64,000 bases of DNA, from positions 26,226,001 through 26,290,000 of the forward strand of contig CAIIXF020000001.1 in NCBI GenBank assembly GCA_903813345.2, in the 5' to 3' direction. Below, piece by piece: positions 1 to 10,900 of this stretch. Under the pieces are notes generated by a model. The model ran no database searches and was not told the origin of the DNA. It was given only the letters and a program-made list of their open reading frames with translations. Origin of the DNA: Owenia fusiformis (lineage: Eukaryota). A program made the translations under genes and the position numbers. The number at the start of each line of letters is the position of its first letter. Position 1 is the first letter of the stretch.

Positions 1-1198
1 GTTTCAGATGCGTTCTTATAGTCCACTAGAGAAGATGACAGCTCTATTGGCAGCTATGACACATGATCTGAATCATCCATATATCATATGCCATGTATAA
101 GTGTGTACCATTGTTTCAGATGTGTTCTTACAGTCCACTAGAGAAGATGACAGCTCTATTGGCAACTATGACACATGATCTGGATCATCCATATATTATA
201 TGCCATGTATAAGTGTGTACCATTGTTTCAGATGTGTTCTTACAGTCCACTAGAAAAGATGACAGCTCTATTGGCAGCTATGACACATGATCTAGATCAT
301 CCATATATTATATGCCATGTATAAGTGTGAACCATTGTTTCAGATGTGTTCTTACAGTCCACTAGAAAAGATGACAGCTCTATTGGCAGCTATGACACAT
401 GATCTGGATCATCCATATATTATATGTCATGTATAAGTGTGTACCATTGTTTCAGATGTGTTCTTATAGTCCACTAGAGAAGATGACAGCTCTATTGGCA
501 GCTATGACACATGATCTGGATCATCATATATTATATGCCATGTATAAGTGTGTACCATTGTTTCAGATGTGTTCTTACAGTCCACTAGAAAAGATGACAG
601 CTCTATTGGCAGCTATTACACATGATCTGGATCATCCATATATTATATGCCATGTATAAGTGTGTACCATTGTTTCAGATGTGTTCTTACAGTCCACTAG
701 AGAAGATGACAGCTCTATTGGCAGCTATGACACATGATCTGGATCATCCATATATTATATGCCATGTATAAGTGTGTACCATTGTTTCAGATGTGTTCTT
801 ACAGTCCACTAGAGAAGATGACAGCTCTATTGGCAGCTATGACACATGATCTGGATCATCCATATATTATATGCCATGTATAAGTGTGTACCATTGTTTC
901 AGATGTGTTCTTACAGTCCACTAGAGAAGATGACAGCTCTATTGGCAGCTATGACACATGATCTGGATCATCCATATATTATATGCCATGTATAAGTGTG
1001 TACCATTGTTTCAGATGTGTTCTTACAGTCCACTAGAGAAGATGACAGCTCTATTGGCAGCTATGACACATGATCTGGATCATCCATATATTATATGCCA
1101 TGTATAAGTGTGTACCATTGTTTCAGATGTGTTCTTACAGTCCACTAGAGAAGATGACAGCTCTATTGGCAGCTATGACACATGATCTGGATCATCCA
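1..1198 (+). repeat. 112-bp tandem array (at least 11 copies) of a PDE 3' splice site plus 5' half-exon
   Basis: Units begin at 1, 113, 225, 337, 449, 560, 672, 784, 896, 1008 and 1120. Each unit is 40 bp of intron ending ...ccattgtttcag plus 72 bp of exon ([24 protein letters not shown]). Only the last copy continues into the full exon. Confidence 0.97.
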
Positions 1199-4100
1199 GG
1201 TGTTAACCAATCATTCCTAATAGCCACCTCCAATCATCTGGCAGCTCTTTACAAGGTAGGGAACATTTTCCATAATACAGAACAGAGTATTTCATAATGA
1301 CCATCCCCCATCAACCACCAATCCTAAATAGATTGACGTGATGGGGGACAGCCATACGCCATGAAACACCCTGTAGTATGTACGTATATTACTTTAACTA
1401 TAGACAGAGTATATGGAATTTTGAACTTTATATACACGTATGTGGACTTCTTTGAAAACATGTTTGTGGTATAGTTGATAATTCAGTATATAATTCTTAC
1501 AAAAGTTGTTCACAATCCCACTTCTCTGATGGCTTTATCAAACACTAAATATATGCATGATGCATGCTACATCTATTCAAACATTAAGTCAATTTACAAG
1601 TAAAGGTTTCCATTGATTGGCTTCTTTGACAGATGATCTTTGAGGTCCAAACAAAATATAGTCTTGGAATGCATCAAGTTGGTAATATTACTTTGTTAAG
1701 TGCACAGCTATCTAAATCATTATTTGTTTTATATAATATATGTATTTCATGCATTGATTGTTGAATTATTTGATTCATTTTGTTTTAGAACCAGTCTGTG
1801 CTGGAGAATCACCATTGGCGTTCTGCTATTGCAGTGATACATGAGTCAGGGGTATTTGACCATCTTCAACCAGAACAATGGTATGCTTGCTATTTCTTCA
1901 AAGTAGAAATTTTGTATATTTAAACAAATAGTTTATGAGCACATTTAAAATGTCAAACCACCATCCATTTTCTCTGTTCTATAAAATTATGAAATCTTAG
2001 TATTCAATTCAATTAGCCTTAGACCTTTCCGATAAACCCCGTCAACTTTTGGTACATCATAGAAACTATGATATATTGGCTAAATTGATGATTGGTTGTA
2101 GGTTGCAATTTGTCCAATTGAAACTTGGGCCTACTGCATTAACTTATTAATTTTGAAAAGTACAACCTATGACAGCACTGATCTAGCTAATATATCATAG
2201 CTTCTTTGATCTACCAAAAGATGGCAGTGTTTATTAAAAAGGTCTATTAACACTTTGCAGTGAACAATTAACACTTTAACGGTGTGTTTAGTATGTGCTA
2301 TAATAACAGAATGATTATCTTGTCATTACAGGAGTAGTGTAGAGTGTCAGTTGAAGTCTCTCATCTTAGCTACAGATATAACCAGACAACAGGAGTTCCT
2401 CACTAAGTTCAGGGTATGTTGCTTTATTTTCATAAAGCCACCTCTGTTTGGATGAGTCACAAGCAATTCAGACCAACTGATTGGTAAATTTATTTTAAAA
2501 CATTGCTAATAGCAATTAGCAGTCTTAAAATCTCCCAGGGACTTTGTACATGAAAAACTGCTTTCAACATTTATTTACTGTCCTTCCACTTAATTTGGCG
2601 ACTATTGTTAAAGTCTGCCAAATTTAGTAGCCGCCAAATTCAGTATTTCATATTTCAATCGTAAAGTATGGTATATACATTTCAATTGCAAGTCCGCAAA
2701 ATTAAGTAGTTGTCAAATGTTCAAAACACCAAATCCACCAAAATAAGTAGCACCAAATTAAGTAGAAGTACAGTATGGAATTTGAAAAAACAGTTTATTG
2801 TGCGAGGACATTGTTTCCTGTAATTGCAATCAGGTGGTGACACCTTTTTGCCTGCGTTATGTATAATAGGCTGTTGAATTTATAACATCTCCCTGATCCC
2901 AATAACAGCTATTGAACAATAGGGTACATTTTCACCCAAAATAAAGAAAATTATGAAAAATGTTTTTACTATTTTTATGTCACCACCATCATTGTTGACA
3001 TATTGTTATTGTCTCCAACTTTTTTGTGGCGGTGTTCAGAGTTTGACTTTTGGTGTTTGGCATCAGTAATACATGTAACAAATGGCAGGTTGTTACATTT
3101 TGCATTTTGATGCCTTGTATTTATTTGTTTTGTGTTGAAATTTTACAGCAGCATCTGGACAATCAGGATCTAGATCTTCCAAACAATGAACAGCACCGGC
3201 ATTTTATTTTACAGGTAAGCATTTCATTTTACAGAAGAACATTATCATATTACAGGTAAACATTTTACGACACGTAATATGAATTCATTTTATCAACCTT
3301 TCCAAGCTCAGTCCTTCAAGTTATGATAGATGTAATTAATTTATTTTCATTTAAATTATTGAAAAACATATTGCTTTTGATATGTATAAAGTATTGTATA
3401 AAATCATGGATTTCGTAAAAATTTCATGATCCCTTCAAAGACAGTATTGCTATATTATTCTCCACTCTATAGAATTTCAAAGGAAATCACAAATTCCAAA
3501 TGGCTGCCTACAGCATGAATTCGCTATAATTAAGAGATCTGTCCAAAATATAATTACATTATCCTATATCTCAAATAACTCTCAAATATTGTTTGCAAAT
3601 AAGGGTAGAGTGTAAATATATTGTGACATACAGTATAGAGATTTATGTATATTTTGTTTGTTTGATGGAGTCTGTAGAGTCGCAATTTTTCTAATTGAGC
3701 TCATAATTACCTCTTCTTCACACACCATTGTTTGTCACAAAATTCTACCATATAGTTTCCCAATACATCACTTCGATGTTATGTTTGAATCGATATAAAC
3801 ATATTCTTTGTACACTTTCCTTTATCTTGACATGAAATAAGGAGCTATGATGTTGGTAAATGCTCCAGAAATATAAATTAAATTATTCGAAGCATTTTTA
3901 CAAAATTTGGAATCTGCCTTTTGTTTCTGTCAGCTCCCAATCAGTAAATGTCATTTAACCAATCAGGGTCAAGAACATAGTTGGGTTGTGTCAGTCATAG
4001 ACCAATAAATGGGCTTTCATTTGTAGTTACATCACAAGAAAGTTAATTTGTCATCATTGATGATATTTAAAGCTGTAATCAATTTCATAAGGCCACCACC

Positions 4101-7100
4101 ATTTAACACATTCATTTATTCCAAAAATCATTGTTTCTTTTTTGCCCCTATTGAGCAAAATATATTCAGAAAAGCTAGACATAACAAATTTTGTACTTAA
4201 AATGAACTTCCAATTTTAACAAGCAGGATGTTTTTGATTTACTTAATCAAAAAACATATTTTTTCCTCAAAAATGAAAAACAATTTTTTGAAATTATTTT
4301 GCTGTACTAATATTAGACCACACACTGTTTGTGTTAATTAAACATAAGTTTTTGAACTTTTATTATCTGTCTGTTTGTTGGTGATCTGTCTGGTTTCACT
4401 TTTAAAATGTGACTATAATATAAAATCTTCAATTGTCCTTTAAGTCCTGTGTCTCAAAAGCTCACCTCATTCACTTTACAAATAGGTTTAGGGCTTCAGA
4501 GTGTTGCATTAGGGGGTATCTCTGCAGTCATTATAGGATATCCTATGACTTTGAGGAATATCTTATTTTAACGTATTTTATCTACGAGGTGATATTGATA
4601 TCTGCACGAGAGAGCAAAGCGAACGAGTGCAAAATCAATATCACCGAGTAGATTAAAATTATATTCTGAAAAAAATCATAGGATGTTCTTATTATCCTAC
4701 ACTTACAAGGAGTGTACTAAATGTATAATATCATTGCAAAATGAATTTCATGCCAAATAGAGTCAATTTGGCGGGAAATCAACAAGCGGAGTATATCGTC
4801 ACACTATCCTCCGCATATTGGGTTTTCCGGAGTATATTGTCACGATATCCTCCGCCCGGAGTATATCATCACGATATCCTCCTGTTATTCATTTTGCCAA
4901 TAGATATCAAATTTTTTTTTAATGTTATTATACATTTAGTACACTAAGTGTAGGATAATAGATTATATCAACTTGATATCAACACAGCAACAAAATTCAA
5001 TACTCTCTTTAGGTGCCAAGATCTGATTAGGTTTGAGGCATGCTGGGTAAATTACTTGGCAGTCGTTTTGAATTTTTCCATAAATCTTGTCATCAGTATT
5101 CCTGGAAAACTTGCACTTATCCGTTAAACTTGAAAATTTTACAGATGGAAGAGCAGACTATTGCCAAGATTTGATTAGGTTTTGGGCATGCTGGGTAAAT
5201 TACATGGTGATTATTTGGTCTTCAAAGTGCGATATTTATCACCGTGTGTCTTGTTAGTTTATGATCTCCGTAGAATATAGAAAATATTGTACCCTACAAA
5301 GTCTGTTTCATATTTGCTATATTTGGTTTTAAAATGTGTTTTCAACTGGAAATGATGACTTGCCAAAGCATGTGATATAGTGATGTCCAGCTCATTCTTG
5401 ATTCTGTAGCTCATGCAGTGAAAAATACATGATATATTTAGTTATTTACATCACATCGGCCAATCAGATCATTTGGATTTCACTGTCATTGAATTAAAAC
5501 CAATATTAACTAATTTGTGTGACGGTTTTAGCTATAAATGGAAAAATGGCCACAAATTTAAATTGTACTATTCAGACAAAATCATCAAATGGGCCTAATG
5601 ACGTATGCATTCTTCTAGCTGTGAACTACTATTAGAGCTTTTTGAATGTTTATTAGAGCTAATGAATGCTAATTACCTCCTGATACACCACCCTGGGAGA
5701 TGATGTCAATATTTCATGTTCATATTTTTTTTACTAATGTAATTTAGATGGGAATTGATATGATTTAGCTAGCATTCGCGAAAGCAACTTCTGGTTGCAG
5801 GATTAACCTATTAATATGCATAAATGAACATAAATGAAGTTGAAATGACAAACAACTCTCTAGTCATCTCACAGTGATCATGTGACTCTTTATGCAATTG
5901 TAACATCTATGTGCTAAATGTACTTCTCCTCTAATTGCAATACTGAATACATCCTTAGTCGGTGTTAGTTGCTGCTTAAAGGCAGATTAAACCATTATTT
6001 AGGTGACCTATTGGGCTTGACGTGGTAGCTTGCAGCTTCTGGAATTCATGGCAGGTTCATACCTGTATGTAAATGATTAGGTCATCCAATTGCAGTACAC
6101 CTGTAGTTGGCAGTTGCATTCGTGAATGCCACCTCAGTTCAATAATATTTAGTCCAATGACCTTAATTTGAATGGTGTTTGTTTGTAGATTGCCCAAAAG
6201 TGTAGTGTTTGTTTGTAGATTGCCCTAAAGTGTGCTGATATATGCAATCCATGCAGGAACTGGGACCTCAGCCAAAAGTGGAGTACATCTATATGTCAAG
6301 AGTTCTTTCAACAAGGTTAGTGTCCTATGAAGAAGATGAGGAATCATACAAGTGATAATAAACATGAATACTTGTTCTATATATTTAAGGAATAAAGACC
6401 GATATTTTATGATTTATGGCGTAATATATGACTGAAAATTTTATTCTGTTCATTGTTAACCCTTTCCCGACGTGAATATAAGAGGAAAATGTTGGCCCTG
6501 GTGACGGATAAGTAAGAGCAGATTTTAGGGGAAAACTGAAAATTACCTATGCCCAGGGACCTATAACTTGAATTTTATGCACTGAAATACATTTTTTAGT
6601 AAGGACTATCGTATTAGAACAACTTGTCAAAATTTGGTGTAAAAATACTGAATAGAACTGGAGATATTATCATTTCATCGATGTATATAAATAAAAATTA
6701 TGGTGCCAAAAGGAGCCTATCGTCCTGAAAGGTATTACATAATAGGGCACCATATGGAGCCCATCGTCGTGAAAGGGTTAAAAGACCAAATTGTGTAGCG
6801 ATTGAGGTCTTTGGCAATGCCCAGAATCAAATTTGAGGCCCAATCTCCATATAATATATGGGAGGTCGAAAAAACTGAATTTTCCCTCATTTTGAGATCT
6901 CTCCAATTATTTTACTCAAATCATAGTAATTTAAGAGTATTGTCTTGTCTTTATAATCTGTGCCTATGATTTTCTACTTTGAACATAGATCTGTACCCAC
7001 TGTATGTGAGATATTATGTTATTCATTTGATCAGAATGAATGATTTTACATTGATTTTTCACCTTCAAATCTTCAAATCGTTATATATTGGAAATGTTTT

Positions 7101-7185
7101 GCAGGTGACATTGAGCGAGAGCTAAATATTCCTGTGACGCCTTTCTGTGATAAGTTGTCAACTACAACAGCAAAGATACAAGTGG
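1127..7185 (+). CDS. PDE7: cAMP phosphodiesterase, PDE7-like, catalytic-domain exons (partial gene)
   Basis: Exons 1127-1255, 1789-1880, 2332-2413, 3149-3214, 6219-6315 and 7105-7185 are all AG/GT-bounded and phase-compatible. Spliced: ...[50 protein letters not shown]...[18 protein letters not shown]...[29 protein letters not shown]...[21 protein letters not shown]...KIQVG. This has the class I PDE signature HDxxHxGxxN; ENHHWRSA and [10 protein letters not shown] match PDE7 as I recall it. The 5' exons lie before the window, and the last exon(s) were not found after the gap. Confidence 0.92.
2018..2250. mobile_element. MITE-like inverted-repeat element
   Basis: Imperfect inverted repeats: tagacctttccgataaac...cttttggtacatcatagaaactatgatatattggcta and tagctaatatatcatagcttctttgatctaccaaaag...gtttattaaaaaggtcta. 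Confidence 0.6.
2576..2775. mobile_element. Tc1/mariner-type MITE
   Basis: Termini tactgtccttccacttaatttggcg and gcaccaaattaagtagaagtacagta with TA ends, plus internal gccaaatt repeats. Confidence 0.55.
2973..3119 (+). mobile_element. Short HINE/Helentron-like element, family B
   Basis: Reverse-complement copies occur at about 52410-52555, 54298-54432, 60633-60760 and, partially, 62150-62185 (aacaaggcattaacatgcaaaatgtcaccacc...tgtcaccacttctggtg). Features: T-rich start, short subterminal inverted repeats, terminal hairpin plus cttgt. Confidence 0.6.
4532..4960 (+). mobile_element. Non-autonomous hairpin + TIR element (~420 bp), copy 1
   Basis: Near-identical copy at 31056-31465. A 5' hairpin of about 140 bp is centred on gagagagcaaagcgaacgag and is followed by ttatcctacactta...taagtgtaggataa inverted repeats. 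Confidence 0.85.
6460..6777. mobile_element. piggyBac-like MITE
   Basis: TTAA|ccctttcccgacg ... cgtcgtgaaaggg|TTAA: TTAA target duplication with CCC/GGG termini. Confidence 0.75.
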
Positions 7186-7414
7186 GTAGGTATATTGGTG
7201 TGATAAAAATGGTTGACTACAAATAATATACTTAAACATAGCATTGATCGAGTTTGGCCCAAAGGTCACAAATCAAATCTATCTCATGATTCCTAGGCAG
7301 CCAGTACCATTTGATCATCGTGTGGTCTTCAAACATATCCAACGTATATGTGTCTGACCATGGAATATTCTTGGTCTTGTGTAGAAATGATTTCTCTGGC
7401 TTACTGCTACCATG

Positions 7415-7914
7415 NNNNNNNNNNNNNNNNNNNNNNNNNNNNNNNNNNNNNNNNNNNNNNNNNNNNNNNNNNNNNNNNNNNNNNNNNNNNNNNNNNNNNN
7501 NNNNNNNNNNNNNNNNNNNNNNNNNNNNNNNNNNNNNNNNNNNNNNNNNNNNNNNNNNNNNNNNNNNNNNNNNNNNNNNNNNNNNNNNNNNNNNNNNNNN
7601 NNNNNNNNNNNNNNNNNNNNNNNNNNNNNNNNNNNNNNNNNNNNNNNNNNNNNNNNNNNNNNNNNNNNNNNNNNNNNNNNNNNNNNNNNNNNNNNNNNNN
7701 NNNNNNNNNNNNNNNNNNNNNNNNNNNNNNNNNNNNNNNNNNNNNNNNNNNNNNNNNNNNNNNNNNNNNNNNNNNNNNNNNNNNNNNNNNNNNNNNNNNN
7801 NNNNNNNNNNNNNNNNNNNNNNNNNNNNNNNNNNNNNNNNNNNNNNNNNNNNNNNNNNNNNNNNNNNNNNNNNNNNNNNNNNNNNNNNNNNNNNNNNNNN
7901 NNNNNNNNNNNNNN
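7415..7914. other. Assembly gap (500 N)
   Basis: Run of N; ORFs that span it are artefacts. Confidence 1.
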
Positions 7915-10900
7915 CTTTATATTTATGAAACCTGGCGTGCAATTGCAAATGGTCTTTAGCCAAGCGAAGCCGGTCAGGTTTGATAATGTTTTGTGCAGTG
8001 TCATTCGTGACTGTTGGGTCCCTTGTGTCAACATCGTTTACATTAGGTCTTGGGATGTTACGATTGGTGTTTTCCATACTTGTATGCATATTTGATCTAA
8101 CGTCTGATTGTAGCAAAGCCACTTTAATGGAATGGAGTTCTTGTTTTTCTTTATGGCCAGGTGCTCTCTTTAATTCGCTTGTCATTTTGGATTTTATTTT
8201 AGCACATGTTACTCTGTCCATCCCTAATTACCTACGATGATCCATTTATGTGATAGTTGTGAGGCTCCGCCTACTGAAAAGCTTTCAATCTAATTAATCA
8301 ACCTTATTAATCTGTTAATAACATTGCAATTTGTGTTTTGTTCTTCGATCCATCATCGTTTCTCTTAGTTATTGTTAGCAAAGTATTGAAGTGTTCCCAA
8401 AGGTACATATTAGTATACCTAGCCTCTTTTTAATGTAATAGTCAAGTTTCCGTCTTAACACTAATAACCAAACAAAATCCAGCATGCAACCTCCATATTG
8501 TCGCAATTTTGCTGAGGCACGTCACTTCCTATAATTACAAGTCGTAAGTGCAAAGTGAAAAGGGCAAAAGGCGTATCTTTTGACCATGTGTTCATGAATT
8601 GTTGTGTATATCTTAATAGAGATATCTGTCGACTCTAATGAACAAAAATGATAAACAGGACGATTTTAACCATGATATGAACTGCTAATCATTGATTAAG
8701 TACTTTGACAATTCGCTCAATATTAATTGTTCAATGATTTAACGAACTCTTAAAGATCAGGTAAAGTATACCAATAAAACTGAAATATATGAATAGCCGG
8801 AGAGCTTTGTAAACCTGATAGTGTTAAATTCTAATAACGACCAAAGTATAGGGTAGGCCAAAAGAAATATCTATGATATTCATTCTGATATAATATAAAA
8901 ATAGAAATGGACTTGAAAAATATTTTCTCCCGACGCGGGACATTAATTCTTTACATGATATTAACCTAGTATATAGTTTATGTGTATCTGGATGAGAAAT
9001 TCTAAACTTTTGACCGAGCAATTCAAATTGTTAGAGAGTATAGATGAGATGGAAAGTGTAAGATTCTGTAATTTAGAAAAATACATGACATGAAATTACA
9101 AGAGAAGAAATACTGTAAAACTAACAATGTTTTCGAAACATTTAGCTCCTTTTTTCTAGTTCTTTTGGGGACGCATAGGGTATCACATGGTTCCAAGAAG
9201 TATTACATGAACTATGATAAAAACGTTTGAAAGAAAAGGCTGTCTCTCAAGAAAACGGGAAACCTTAGACAAAATCTGGACGAACAATAAAGCATTTGTT
9301 GTCAGGAAGAACTAGCAAGTGGGTGCGAGCAGGACATCAGGGGAACACTGTTTGAAACTGTTTGAAAGGCTCAATTTAGCGCCATCAGGGGAACACTGTT
9401 TGAAACTGTACATTAAACATGATCTCTGTATATCTTCCATTTTAGCCAGTTGCACTTCAGAAGTTGCGGTTCTTATATCATGTATATGTGGCGGTGTTTA
9501 AGTGGCGTCTAGCGCCGGAAACAATATTCTAAACGAGTAAAATACAATATAACGCACAAATTCATGATGCTCGTTGGGAATTAATGTGATCTTCTAAACT
9601 GAATTATAAGTCCGAACTACAAAGACAATGTTTGTGTAATCCACGGACTAAAATTATGAAATAGAGATATAGACGTTTCTTAGACCACCCTGTCAATATG
9701 TTCAGTATAAGCAGCACGGTAATCAATTCACAAATCCAATGAATTATCTTCGTCTTAGAGACGATGGAGTGGTATGAATTCATTACTACGACTATGTTAA
9801 CATTAAATGAATGATTTATTTGTATAACTGAGGATCTTGTATATATTCCATGATTGATATTTATTTGCCATGAAACGGGATGGCTTATAAGTGACATGGG
9901 AAGAGGGGCAAATATTCTTGCACCATGCGACTATCTTTGAATATAGACCTTATGTCATGTTGAAGGTAATTAAAATATATTATTGATTGTGCAAGCTTAA
10001 TATCATATGAATCAAAAATATTTTGTGATAATTCAGGATACGAATTTTAGATTCTGTCCCTTTAAGATTTTCTTTTGTTTCTATTCAAACATGATACAAG
10101 TATATAGTTCATTTATCTGTCGCACAACCTCAATTCACCCAGTCATACCATTCCGCTCATGTACAAATAAAAACATACTTTTTCCAAACTGACTATTTAG
10201 GATTTGATTCGCAAGAAGCTGAATATTGAATTCGAAAATTATAAAAATAATATCAGCACATATGGATCACGCTGCCATCTTTTAATCAATGTCAAGTATT
10301 TATGGCAAAACATGTACATCCAAGGGCGTTACAATACCCGGGAATTTATCGGTTCGTCCAGTACTTGTTTGTGATAGCGCCCTCTGTAGGTCACTGTGCT
10401 TATAGCCTACAGTAATACGGGGTAGGATATCGGGAATTCGGTCAGTTTCTATCCGTCGATTTCGCTATGAATTGAAGCAAGTGTGACCACTTTATCCACT
10501 TAAACAATTTGATAATTGATTAAATATTTAAAAAAATCGATAAACACGTTATACACTTCCTATCTCCTTAGAAATTAGCATGTATTTATGGATTGTGTTT
10601 TCGAACAAGGCTCGACCCACCCCAATAGGGAAATCCTTATGCTAATTAGTATGACGTCATATTTTCCTGGGGAATCCTAGATTTCAAGGCCTCAGTCTGT
10701 TATTGTGTCAAATGTAAACGCTCTTGGGACGCTCTTTTGCAGACAGAAAATTGACAGATTAGCTTTTAACTTTCAGCTTTGATGTTTAAATATTCTGTAT
10801 TTCTACCGGACTTCTTGCTGAATATCATATAATGTTATAACTTGATTTGGATCATTGCCTGATTGATCATTCTGAAATTTTGATTGTGATTCATGATTGA

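Noticed and set aside
399-1126. ORFs 399-659 and the N-terminus of 1070-1297 as separate PDE-like proteins
   Set aside because: They are read-through of the 112-bp repeat; only 1127-1255 is a complete exon.
1-1198. CRISPR-like array (also considered for 49161-50488)
   Set aside because: The units are near-identical tandem copies with no unique spacers, there are no cas genes, and the context is eukaryotic.
4433-4947. ORFs 4433-4651 and 4741-4947 (and 30979-31454) as duplicated small genes
   Set aside because: They lie in a dispersed hairpin repeat, and indels between the copies break the frames.
7915-7959. LYIYETWRAIANGL as the missing PDE terminal exon
   Set aside because: Only a vague ETW resemblance, followed immediately by a stop; it lacks the expected downstream helix.
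7232-8095. Long ORFs of 200-330 aa
   Set aside because: They consist mostly of X from the N gap.
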